DNA of 64,000 nt from an uncultured Hormoscilla sp. GTDB lineage: Bacteria > Cyanobacteriota > Cyanobacteriia > Cyanobacteriales > Desertifilaceae. The translations under genes were made by a program, and so were the position numbers. The stretch lies in NCBI GenBank assembly GCA_963921275.4, contig OZ001293.3, positions 1,664,001-1,728,000 on the forward strand, read 5' to 3'. How positions within the stretch are numbered: the stretch's first letter is position 1; every line of letters begins with the position of its first letter. The notes below the pieces were generated by a model, which saw nothing but the letters and a program-made list of their open reading frames with translations, searched no databases and had not been told where the DNA came from. Shown piece by piece: positions 11,521-21,487 of the stretch.

Positions 11521-12162
11521 ATGAATAAATTAAAGAAAAAAATTCCGAGAGATACCTGGGTTAAAGCTAGTTGGAAGGAATACATCGAAGTGCTTGAAGA
11601 TGAGGCCGATCGCAAAGGAAAAGGTTACTATTACAACCGAGAACTGAGAATTGAAATGTCACCAGTAGGTAATGACCATGCCAATGACCATTCATTTATT
11701 ACCATTGCGATCGGCTTATTAACTATTACTAAAGGCATTAATCTCAATGTCAAAGATAACTGCACGTACCGCAAAACAGGGATTAAAGAAGCTCAACCTG
11801 ATGTATCCTGTTATATAGGCGAAAACGCCGATGTCGTGCCTTGGGGAACTTCTATTATCGATCTAGACAGATATCCACCGCCGACCTTAGTGATAGAAGT
11901 GGCTAACACCTCACTTGTTGATGATAAAGGAAAAAAGCGCCAGCTTTATCAAGAACTTCAAGTTGCTGAATACTGGATCGTTGACGTGGTAAACGTGCAA
12001 GTTATTGCTTTTGCTATTGCTGATGGCGATAGCAAGGAAATTAGAGAGTCAAGAGTATTGCCCGGATTAGAAATTTTTTTGCTAAATGAAGCCTTTCGCA
12101 TGAGTCGAAGGATGAGTCAAAGTCAAGTTTTAAATTGGTTATTCACCCAATTGCAACAATAG
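11521..12162 (+). CDS. Uma2 (DUF820) family endonuclease-like protein
   Basis: QPDVS, PPTLVIEVANTS and EYWIVD motifs. Confidence 0.9.
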   Translation: MNKLKKKIPRDTWVKASWKEYIEVLEDEADRKGKGYYYNRELRIEMSPVGNDHANDHSFITIAIGLLTITKGINLNVKDNCTYRKTGIKEAQPDVSCYIGENADVVPWGTSIIDLDRYPPPTLVIEVANTSLVDDKGKKRQLYQELQVAEYWIVDVVNVQVIAFAIADGDSKEIRESRVLPGLEIFLLNEAFRMSRRMSQSQVLNWLFTQLQQ

Positions 12163-12202
12163 CACGATCTGGTCAGGTGGGCATCGCCCACCTGACCCAT
12201 TA

Positions 12203-12315
12203 TATAGGGAACCTAAATGAGTTGTGTAACGGGTGATTGCTGAAATTTAGGCACCGCAAGGGTTTCAGCGCTGTCACCCCCATAATAGTTGCACAAATGA
12301 TTTAGACTTACTATA
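12203..12315. mobile_element. MITE with TA ends
   Basis: Imperfect TIRs TATAGGGAACCTAAATGAGTTGTGTAAC / GTTGCACAAATGATTTAGACTTACTATA. Confidence 0.65.
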
Positions 12316-12549
12316 GTAGTTCAAAGCTATCATAAACTGTCCCCATATCCTCGAAGTTACGTGAGCTGCCTTCGTCAGAAAAGGAGAGATTTGAGTGCGA
12401 TAGGGCGAATAATTAGTAGAGATCGGCTATGCCCAGAAACCATGTTTCTTGAAAAAACATGGTTTCTCAATTTGCAAAAAATATTTGTAATTGTTATAGT
12501 AAGATAAGTAAAAGATGTCAAAACTAACATCTTGTACCTTTACCGATAC

Positions 12550-12644
12550 AACCCCGGGATCAAGACTCAAGTCCTGACAGAAAAAGTTTTTAGACCAATA
12601 CAACCCCGGGCTTAAGACTCAAGTCCTGACAGAAAAAGTTTTTA
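12550..12644. repeat. ~52-nt tandem duplication
   Basis: AACCCCGGG...AAGACTCAAGTCCTGACAGAAAAAGTTTTTAG x2. Confidence 0.75.
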
Positions 12645-12690
12645 GTCGGTATAAGACCGACTTTAGTTATTAGCCGGGGGTTTGAACCCT

Positions 12691-12734
12691 CCGTGTATCG
12701 TGGGTAGTGCGAATAGCGCTCCCACGATACACGG
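12691..12734. repeat. Core-conserved hairpin element, reverse orientation
   Basis: CCGTGTATCGT-GGGTAGTGCGAATAGCGCTCCC-ACGATACACGG. Confidence 0.8.
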
Positions 12735-12852
12735 AAGGCGGGCCTCCTGCGAAGATGCTATAATAATTCTCAATGAACAATTCTCAATGAACGATTCTCA
12801 CGCGATCGAAATCATGTAGGATAGAAAAAAGTAGGCTAGCTCACAGCAGAGA

Positions 12853-13914
12853 ATGAACAGAACCTTAATCCCCGTTATCCTCGCCGGTGGCAAAGGAGAA
12901 CGATTTTGGCCTCTCAGCCGCAAAGATCGACCCAAACAGTTTCTCAGTCTGGATGGCAGCGGAAAGAGTCTGCTGCAAGAGACCGCAGACCGACTATTAA
13001 ACATCGCCGGGGGCTGGGAAGGCTTGTGGGTATGTACTTCCAGGCAACTAGCAGACGGGGTACTCCAACAACTACCTCAATTACCCCAGAGTAACTTGCT
13101 AGCGGAACCGGAAGAACGGGATACGGCACTAGCAGTGGCTTGGACGACTTTGAAGATCGCCCAGCGTGAAGGCCAAGAACAGGCGATCGGGTTTTTCCCG
13201 GCGGACCACTGGATCGCAGACCGAGAAGCTTTTGTGCAAACCATCAATGCCGCAACTCAGCTTGCATCGGACCAAGCAGCCATTGTCACCCTGGGAGTAA
13301 AGCCAGCATATCCGGCCACGGGCTACGGGTATATCGAACAAGGTCAACAGACAGGCACTTTTGCCGGGTTGCCTGTATATAAGGTAAAGCAGTTTACCGA
13401 AAAGCCAGATGAAAAGACAGCCGCCGAGTTTATTGCCACAGGTCGTTTTAGCTGGAATAGTGGTATGTTTATCTTCCGGGCTGGGGTGCTGCTAGAGGAG
13501 ATGAGCAAACATGCTCCTGCGATCGTCACCTTGCTGCGATCGCGTGGGGAAGCCGCTTACAGTCAGCTACCCAAAATTTCCATCGACTATGCTTTAATGG
13601 AGAAGACCGATCTAGCTTACGTGCTGCCAGCAGATTTTGGCTGGGATGACTTAGGAGACTGGAATGCCCTATCACGCTTGCTGCAAAGGGACAAGCCCAA
13701 CTTGGAGTTAACCGAGCATGTGGGCATGGATACCAAGGGAGCAATTCTCTACGACACCGATGCCGAGGGAGTTATTGTCACCATTGGCATGTCCGATGTA
13801 GTAGTAGTGCGGGATGGTAAGGTCACCCTGCTAGTGAAAAAAGACCGCACCCAGGAGATCAAAAAGGTACTGGCAATGCTGAAAAATGACCCGAAATTTG
13901 AGCATCTGCTGTAA
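12853..13914 (+). CDS. manC: Mannose-1-phosphate guanylyltransferase
   Basis: LAGGKGERFWPLSR, PADH, WNSGMF, SIDYALMEK and WDDLGDW motifs. Confidence 0.92.
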   Translation: MNRTLIPVILAGGKGERFWPLSRKDRPKQFLSLDGSGKSLLQETADRLLNIAGGWEGLWVCTSRQLADGVLQQLPQLPQSNLLAEPEERDTALAVAWTTLKIAQREGQEQAIGFFPADHWIADREAFVQTINAATQLASDQAAIVTLGVKPAYPATGYGYIEQGQQTGTFAGLPVYKVKQFTEKPDEKTAAEFIATGRFSWNSGMFIFRAGVLLEEMSKHAPAIVTLLRSRGEAAYSQLPKISIDYALMEKTDLAYVLPADFGWDDLGDWNALSRLLQRDKPNLELTEHVGMDTKGAILYDTDAEGVIVTIGMSDVVVVRDGKVTLLVKKDRTQEIKKVLAMLKNDPKFEHLL

Positions 13915-13951
13915 TGACTAATGACAACGAACAATTAGCAACGAACAAAAG

Positions 13952-15073
13952 ATGCTTTCATTAACAAAGACAAGTTCGCGACAGCGAGAAATACTAGAGG
14001 TACTGTTCCGGAATGGCTGGGACTACATCGAAGGACTGATGAAAGGTAGTAAAGGTGGCGAACCCAGACTGCCAACACCTGCCGTCCTACGAAATATTCT
14101 GGTAGAATTGGGTCCAGTATATGTCAAGCTGGGGCAACTGCTGAGTACCCTGAGGTATCTCCCGGGAGCGCTAAAAGCACTACCCGGGAGATACCTCCCT
14201 GACATTCTGCCCTCAGCCTACATAGAAGCATTATCCTCGCTACAAGCGAAAGTGCCGCCAGTAGCATGGTCCCAGATAGAAGTAATGTTGCGGCAAGAGT
14301 TACCCGGACCCCTGCACGAGACATTTTCTGCCATTAATAATCAACCAGTTGCCGTAGGTTCGATCGGTCAAGTGCATCGGGCAACATTAGCAGATGGTCG
14401 GGAAGTGGCCCTGAAAATTCAGCTTCAATGTCTCCTGTCGGAGTCCGGTCAGTCAGTAAATTTGGATCCCTTGGAAAACGACTACGATCGGATGCTGCGC
14501 AAGTATTATAATCTCAGCCTGTCGGAGATATATTTCAGTGAAGTATTCTACGAGTTCTTGGAAATTTCGCGCAAGAATAAAATTAAATTGCCAGGGAATA
14601 TGGGTTTGTACGCTAAAGCCCTAGCCAATTTAGAAGGAGTAGCCCGTAGTTTCAATTCGGAGGTAAATTTACTGGATGAAATAAAGCCATTGATGACAGA
14701 TTTATTTCGGCGTCAGCTGCTGGGAGATAAGCCGATCGAAACCCTACCCTATTGCAAACGGCGTTGGACCTGAAGAGTTTATCCTTGCAATCTCCGCGCA
14801 TGGTAGAGTTACTCCTAGACCGAATAACTTCGGAAACCCTGAAGTGGAATTTAACCATCAAAGATCTAGATCCGTTACGTCGGAGTATAGATGATTCGGC
14901 AAACAGGCTCTCCTTTAGTATTGTAGTAGGTTCCTTGAGGGGCAGCAATTATTTCTAGTAATGCCCAGACGCCGCAAATGTCGGTGGTGAGTGACGTGTT
15001 GTTTGCAGCGGCTAGTATTTTGGGGTTGTGGTTGGCAATCAGTATTCTGCGATCGGGGAGATTACGGTCTTAA
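13952..15073 (+). pseudogene. ABC1/AarF/UbiB kinase, internally deleted and frameshifted
   Basis: LGPVYVKLGQLLST and GSIGQVHRA...VALKIQ are followed directly by the C-terminal region, so the kinase core is missing. Frameshifts near 14750 and 14935. Confidence 0.85.
14152..14197. repeat. Core-conserved hairpin element, in-frame within the ABC1 kinase gene
   Basis: GAGGTATCTCCCGGG-AGCGCTAAAAGCACTA-CCCGGGAGATACCTC; expands the conserved STRPD motif by 15 codons. Confidence 0.82.
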
Positions 15074-15151
15074 AAATGTCAGTCAGGGAAATATAGTATA
15101 AACTAAGTAAGTGAAAAGTTAGTAGAGAACAGGGAGGTTAACGAAGAAAAA

Positions 15152-16675
15152 ATGACTAGCAACAAGTCAAAATTATCGGTCAGAGTTCAAGGGGATATAC
15201 GCGAACGGTTAAGAACATTCCAAGCAGAGCATCAGCTCAAGTCCTTGTCCGGTGCGATCGGAGTAATTCTGGAAAATTACTTTGAAACGATCTCATCGGT
15301 CCCATCCGAAGTAGAACAGGCAGATGTTCTGCCAGCCAGCGACAGCATGACCAATATTCTACTGAAGCGGATAGAAAAGCTGGAAACAAGATTAGTCGAA
15401 ACAGAAAAACACAGCAACGAGCTGGAAGTAAGATTAGTCGAAACAGAAAAACACAGCAACGAGCTGGAAGTAAGATTAGCAGTGGCGGAAGCAGAACTGG
15501 GAAACTATCGTCGGACTGCCAGCACACAAGGACTTAAGTCTCTGAAACCGATACAAGCATCAACAAAACCACACAACTCTATATATGGGCGAGGCGAAGC
15601 TGCCTCTATATATCCAGGATGGGAACTTTCTGCCAATGTCTCCTACGTATTCAGTAGAATTCAGACGCTGAACACGGATGAAGCCAGGGCGGCCTTTGCG
15701 GATAAGTGGATAGGTTTGTGCGCCCAAAGCATTGATACAGCTTGGGTTGTATGTTACCAACTCCTGAGCATCATCAAGGAAAAACAGATGTATAAAATTC
15801 CGCAATGGATGGAAGGGAACAAGACCTACGATTCATTCAGCGACTACTTCGAACAGCGATTCAAGCAGCCCTTCGAGAAGTGGTTGCAACTGGAGCGTAC
15901 TTACAAGTTTGTGGTCGAAACTTGTCCGGAACTGCTAGAGGGACTATTACATCTAGAGTCCAGCCCTGATTTTTCCAGAACGGTGGAAGCTCAAAACGAC
16001 AGTGGTAATGGGGTGATTCCCAGTAAGACAAAGCGCAAGACTCGAAGCCCGCGCAGCCAGAAGCTTCCACAGCCAGAGGCACAGCCAGAAGCACAGCCAG
16101 AACAGCCCCTTGATAGCGTAGAAACCGCTTCAATGTCTCCTGGGAGCGCTAAAAGCACTACCCAGGAGACATTGCCGACACCTGAAGCCGCAAATCAGGT
16201 TGAGAACGACAGTGGTCATGGGGTGATTCCCAGTAAGACAAAGCGCAAGACTCGAAGCCGGCCCAGCCAGAAGCTTCCACAGCCAGAGGCACAGCCAGAA
16301 GCACAGCCAGAACAGCCCCTTGATAGCGTAGAAACCGCTTCAATGTCTCCTGGGAGCGCTAAAAGCACTACCCAGGAGACATTGCCGACACCTGAAGCCG
16401 CAAATCAGGTTGAGAAAGACTCTGATGTACAAGTCACGCCCGATTTTTCCGGAACGGTAGCCCAGAAGCTAGAAACTCAAGAGTCTAGCACTTCCGATCC
16501 CCTATCTGAAATAATGACGACCAGAGAAATATCGGAATTACTAAACTGGCACCGTGATAAATTAGAAGGCCGCAAAAAACGTGGGAATTTGCCGATACAA
16601 GAGGGTGGTTACGTCATCGACTGCATTGGCAAGGAAGGGCGGAAGCTGATTTGGACTGTTAAGCGCCTGAAATAA
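15152..16675 (+). CDS. Hypothetical protein: RHH-like N-terminus, coiled coil, internal repeats, possible C-terminal HTH
   Basis: 507-aa ORF with an upstream GGAGG. 42-nt repeat (RLVETEKHSNELEV x2) and a 210-nt tandem duplication at ~15996-16415. Confidence 0.75.
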   Translation: MTSNKSKLSVRVQGDIRERLRTFQAEHQLKSLSGAIGVILENYFETISSVPSEVEQADVLPASDSMTNILLKRIEKLETRLVETEKHSNELEVRLVETEKHSNELEVRLAVAEAELGNYRRTASTQGLKSLKPIQASTKPHNSIYGRGEAASIYPGWELSANVSYVFSRIQTLNTDEARAAFADKWIGLCAQSIDTAWVVCYQLLSIIKEKQMYKIPQWMEGNKTYDSFSDYFEQRFKQPFEKWLQLERTYKFVVETCPELLEGLLHLESSPDFSRTVEAQNDSGNGVIPSKTKRKTRSPRSQKLPQPEAQPEAQPEQPLDSVETASMSPGSAKSTTQETLPTPEAANQVENDSGHGVIPSKTKRKTRSRPSQKLPQPEAQPEAQPEQPLDSVETASMSPGSAKSTTQETLPTPEAANQVEKDSDVQVTPDFSGTVAQKLETQESSTSDPLSEIMTTREISELLNWHRDKLEGRKKRGNLPIQEGGYVIDCIGKEGRKLIWTVKRLK

Positions 16676-16769
16676 TGGTTACAAGAGTTCGCATACTTCT
16701 GGGGGCTTTGGGAACCAGGAGTACTACCAATGATCGCCAAGCTCCCATCACCCTTTTGGGTAGAGTTCC

Positions 16770-19527
16770 GTGCAAATAGGCGAGAGTCAATGTAGCATCC
16801 AGATGTCACTAGCTCGCACCAAGCTGAAGCTCAGGCAAATACGCAGCGAGCTAATCGAGAAAACCTTGAGGAAATTACCAGGAGTTGTACCAGTGAAAAA
16901 CTTAGGAAAGGAAAAAGTGGGAGTGTCCAAGCCAACCTGGATGTCACAACAACAGTGGCGAGATTTACTGGCATCGTATGACGATCAGCCGCAATGCCAG
17001 TACACAGACAAAACTGCCTCTGAAGCCAAGCTGGTTGTTGACCATATCGTGCCTCGATCGCAAGGAGGCAAGAACGAAGTCAGAAACTACCAGTTCCTGT
17101 GCGAAGATCAAAATCTTCAGAAAGGGGTAAAGCCGGACAGGTATTGGTCGCAGGAGTTATACTACGACAAAGATCACGATCCAAACAACTTCCGCTATGC
17201 TCAGTATTTCCTGGCTTATCTGAAAATTTTGACTCAGGCAGAACACTTCCAACGTCCCTGGTCGCAAATCAACCGAGTAGTCTATCTGCTGGCGTGGATC
17301 ACTGGAGCAGGTAAGACAATGGCTATTCATGCAATTTGCTTTGCGCTCAACCAAATTTTGAAAAGGGATAAAGGAGTTGCTTACCCCAGAGTCGATCGGA
17401 TTTTAGTCTTGGTGAAAGAGCAAGCTCTACGGGACCAACTAGCGAATGAACTGGAAAAGGATGTAGTTGACTATGGAATCTGCAAGATTCCCCCAAAGGT
17501 GGGAGTAGTAGAAAGCAGTGATAAGTTGGAAAATGATTGGTGGCTTGAACAATATGATATAGTTGTTGCCTGTTTACAACAGGATGGGAACGTAAGAATG
17601 GTATTCCTCGCGATAATATTGAGCATATTTTAGGCAAGTTTGCCGTTGTCTTCTTCGATGAACCCCATTACGCTGTAGAGCAGGTGGCTCAGTTAGCAGA
17701 GCAAGGGACCAGAAGCCTTTGTTTTGGGCTGACCAGCACGCCAATCAATGCCAAAGGTGAGGTTTTAGCGTCTTATGTACTGTTTTCGCTCTGTGGTTTG
17801 CAGGAAGCTTATGAGTACCAGCAAAACCTTAAATACCTGTCTTCATCGGAAGCATCAATTATCGAATCAAAGATGGTTGACTATGTGGATGAGGTTGATG
17901 CACGAGAGCATTTTTGTGGCCAGCGTATTGAAATAGAGGGAAGTCCGGACACACCTGACTATAACACGCAGCTCGAACCAGCAAAAACTGTAGCTGAGAA
18001 AATTGTGTCTTATGTGGTTGAAGCTGACCGCTTGTGTAAAAAGGTGTTTTCTGGAGAAATCACTCCTAAACCTGCATCGCACAGAAATGCCAGTGAAGTT
18101 ATACCTGATTTAATTTACCCCATGCACGCCATGATTGCTGTGAGGAGCAAGCATGACGCGGAGGTCTTAGCAAAGCATCTAAATGATAATGTTTTTGAAA
18201 GCAACCCTATGAATATCCACCAGAACAAGGCTTTAGAGTCAAGGTTGTTTTCAGTGCTGGAGTGGATGAGGACGGCAAACCAGTCCCAGGGTACAAACTG
18301 GATACAGAGCATCCCTGGCTAAAGTGCTGGAAAACCAAGAACTTCAAAATGACTGGGCAGGGTTGGGAGCTTCCGAAAGACTGCGCTCGCTTTCTCATTG
18401 TTGTTGGCATGGCCCGCGAGGGAATCAATAACCCGTTCTGTGGAGTAATCGGATTAGGCAATAGAACCGAATCAATCATTGAGGTAATTCAGCGGTTGAT
18501 TGGTCGGCAAATCCGGTCATACCAAGAAACACTCAGAGTTCCTCCAGCACAACTGGACAGTATCAAGATCTGGATGCACAGAGCTTGGGATTATCCCAAG
18601 GCTGGAGATGCACCGGACTATGCTACTACTAAATGTATAAAGGATAGTCTCCACTTCTACGAACACATGGATGAGTGGTTGACTGGTATAACTACATTGG
18701 AAGACTTAATAGAAAAAGGTAAGGAACTAGATCCGGAAACTGAAGTAACAGATCGAGGAACCTTAACAATCGAGGATAAGTTAGACATAGCATATCATGT
18801 AGGCGAGCATCAACTCAAGGATGAAGAAGTTCCTGAAGATGACATTATTGATAATTTGTGCGGTCGCAATAATAAGAAAAGAGAACTTGGCAAGCAGTGG
18901 ATTAACCTGGTTCAGAACGATCCGGATCTGGCTAAGTCTGAACTTAACCAAAAGGTAGTGCTTCGCAAGCTGCATGTGATTGAGTACGAAAGACCGAAAA
19001 TAAATCCTAGTATAACGGATTTGCGTTGGTTCTATGAAGTGCATAATCCTGGCAGTCTTCCACTGCTTGAGACTCTGGAAAACTCGGCAACCGATAGCAC
19101 AACAAAGGAAGCACTGCGTTCTAATATGAATTTTACCTACGAGCAATACATGGCGAAGTTCCATTCATTTGCTGATTTGCCAAAAGTTACGGACTTTGAT
19201 AAGATTCGCACAAAGTTAGTGAGTCAACTGTACAGTCAGCTACGTTTCAACAGTCCTGGTAGTTTCATTGAGGGAGAAGTTAAGGAGATAAAAACTGAGG
19301 CTTGGAAGCAGATTGGATATGCTGTAAAAACTGTACTGGGGTTAAAGAAAGCAGAAAAAGGTAGCGAACACGATACGCCACAATACCACGCTGTCCTGTC
19401 AGATCCCGGTATTGTCAGAAATATTCTAGGGTATGCACGTCAGAAACTATTGGAACAGTTTGCTCGACCTCCTATAGCTAGAAGCTTGCAAATCTCTGAT
19501 GCTGCTCCAGATCCGGAAGTTGATTAA
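16770..19527 (+). pseudogene. HNH endonuclease + SF2 (ResIII-like, DExH) helicase fusion split by two 1-nt frameshifts (real or sequencing error)
   Basis: HNH VDHIVPRSQGG...NYQFLC...N; Walker A TGAGKT; DEPH at 17657-17668; TSTP; MAREGIN; QRLIGRQIR. Frames join near 17583 and 18207. Confidence 0.8.
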
Positions 19528-19723
19528 AGAAGAATAAATACCCTGAGTCCTACCACGGGGGTTAGGGTTTGGTATCCCGTTTGCTCGCGATCGCCTGATC
19601 GGATGGTGTTTCCCTTCCGCTACCACGGGGAGTGGTAGCATAGTGTAAGGGGCGATCGCCACCCCGCCCGAACCCGTGCATGATCCGGCTACTCCGCAAC
19701 ATTGCCTGCCCTATAACTGCTCT

Positions 19724-19755
19724 AACTCCGAACTCCGAACTCCGAACTCCGAACT
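19724..19755. repeat. Heptamer tandem repeat (AACTCCG)n
   Basis: Four or more direct copies; cyanobacterial STRR-like. Confidence 0.85.
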
Positions 19756-19894
19756 TCATTGGGTGTGGTCTTGCGCCCGTTGGCAACCGTTCACCGTTTT
19801 CTGTGAAGCGCATCCCGAAGCACGAGCGCCTAAGCAGCGCATTCCGAAGCACGAGCGCTCTTTGCGAGTGCGGAGAGGAGAGCATGCGGAGAGG

Positions 19895-19968
19895 AGCAAG
19901 TGATGTACTTCTGGCCATAATTGAGGATGCTCTAAATATGGGTCCATACCCGGAAATGGAGATAGCAT
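19895..19968 (-). pseudogene. Truncated DUF4058 paralog, 5' end only
   Basis: MLSPFPGMDPYLEHPQLWPEVHHLL is nearly identical to the start of 23067-23867 and then runs into small repeats. Confidence 0.75.
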
Positions 19969-20139
19969 TGTTATAACTCCAGATGAATTCTGTTTCTTCT
20001 TTCATCATACTTCTATAAATCTCACGCGCAAGGTGGAAAGGTACCCTCGCGCTTGGTTGGTGGGCACCGCCCACCCTACGAGTATTATTAGTCCCGGAGG
20101 CCCCTACACAATTTTACTTGCGATCGACCGGATGTATTA

Positions 20140-20640
20140 TTATGTTTCCGAGACCACTTCAGATGTTTTGGTAGATAAAAGTTGCCTGACTCCAACTGTG
20201 ATAAAATGAGACAGCAAACCCAGGGGGCCGACAAATAAACACAACACCAAAGAGTGCGCAGTCCATACTCCGGTTCCCTGTCCTTCTAAATAGATCCAGC
20301 GTCCTACAAATAGATCCATGACGAGGAAATGAACCCATCCTGCTGCTGTGACTTGCAGGTTGCCAAAGGCGCTAGCAAGATCGGCTAATTTGGGGTTGGA
20401 CAGGGCTTTAGCGGTTTCTGGATCTATAGCACCTGAAAGCAAGTAAAGATACAGTGCCGCCAGTAACATAAAAGGAATAGGGGAACCGATAATCCGCCGA
20501 GTCACGTTCCAGTTGGGAAGGAGGATAATTAAAGCCCAAAAGGGTAAAACGAACAGGTTAGCACTGGTAAATAACAGATCGAGATTCATTATCTTTTTTG
20601 TAACCGCAGATCGCGCCGTTGTTTTCAAGTATGATATCAC
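20140..20640 (-). CDS. ABA4-like (DUF4281) membrane protein (true start possibly ~20589)
   Basis: LPFWAL...P.W..T, AGWVHFLVMDLFVGRWIY and GPLGLLSH motifs. Confidence 0.88.
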   Translation of the reverse strand: MISYLKTTARSAVTKKIMNLDLLFTSANLFVLPFWALIILLPNWNVTRRIIGSPIPFMLLAALYLYLLSGAIDPETAKALSNPKLADLASAFGNLQVTAAGWVHFLVMDLFVGRWIYLEGQGTGVWTAHSLVLCLFVGPLGLLSHFITVGVRQLLSTKTSEVVSET

Positions 20641-20830
20641 ATATAGAAAAAAATGCTACGCTGTCCAGCATCTTTCATTGCATAAAATTCGCTCAAACCT
20701 TCCGTTAAGCCACCGTGGAGCCCTTAAAACTCACATCTTGCACTTTGACCGATCGCCATTAAGTTGAAATCTAGGCATTTGGACTTTTCCCACGAGCGAT
20801 CGGGTAGCACCATCCCTTTCCTCGGGAAAT

Positions 20831-21478
20831 TCACTTAGACCACCCCAAATTTTCGATCGCCTGTTCAATGTCAACTTCTAAGGCCCTAAAAGCAGACAAA
20901 GCCCGCAGGCGTGTAAAATCATTAATCAGTTGAGCTACTCGATGAACTTTTTCGTTGACATTGAATTTCTTCAGCCGTTTGGGTCCCAGTTCGCTGGCTT
21001 GGCGCAAAACTGTGTATAGAATGTTTTTGGGATCGGATAGTTCTTCAACTTTAGCGAGGTCTGGCAATTTTAATGCCTGTCGTCCGCCCGGATTACCAGA
21101 TGCTCTTCGGATTGCTTTTTCGTCAAATAATAACCAAGCTTCTTGCATCCGTACCGGAATAACACAAACTGCGGGGACGGACAGTGATTTTTCATCTGAC
21201 TCTATCGCTTTTCTAATTTCATCCACACGCTTTTGTCGCGGTTCTTTTTCGGCATCTCTATGCACGAATAATAGATCGCAAGGGTAAAGTTCAAGGCTCT
21301 TTTTGATGCGATCGGGCAACTTTTTGGGCGGTTTAGATAACCTTCCTAAATATGCCCATTCAGACTGGATAGCACAGTTAACAACAATATGTTCTCGCAA
21401 TAACCATGTCAGAACATATTGTAACGCTTTGTCTGAACTACCATCAGACAGTAAAGTGTAGCGAAGTTCTTCTTTCAT
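20831..21478 (-). CDS. DUF4276-like (TOPRIM-like) protein
   Basis: SDGSSD, VHRDAE, PVRMQEAWLL and SAFRAL motifs; immediately downstream of the ATPase. Confidence 0.75.
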   Translation of the reverse strand: MKEELRYTLLSDGSSDKALQYVLTWLLREHIVVNCAIQSEWAYLGRLSKPPKKLPDRIKKSLELYPCDLLFVHRDAEKEPRQKRVDEIRKAIESDEKSLSVPAVCVIPVRMQEAWLLFDEKAIRRASGNPGGRQALKLPDLAKVEELSDPKNILYTVLRQASELGPKRLKKFNVNEKVHRVAQLINDFTRLRALSAFRALEVDIEQAIENLGWSK

Positions 21479-21487
21479 AGCAAGTCA

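Noticed and set aside
17560..18230. Programmed frameshifting in the helicase
   Set aside because: No obvious slippery heptamer at either junction; mutation or sequencing error is simpler.
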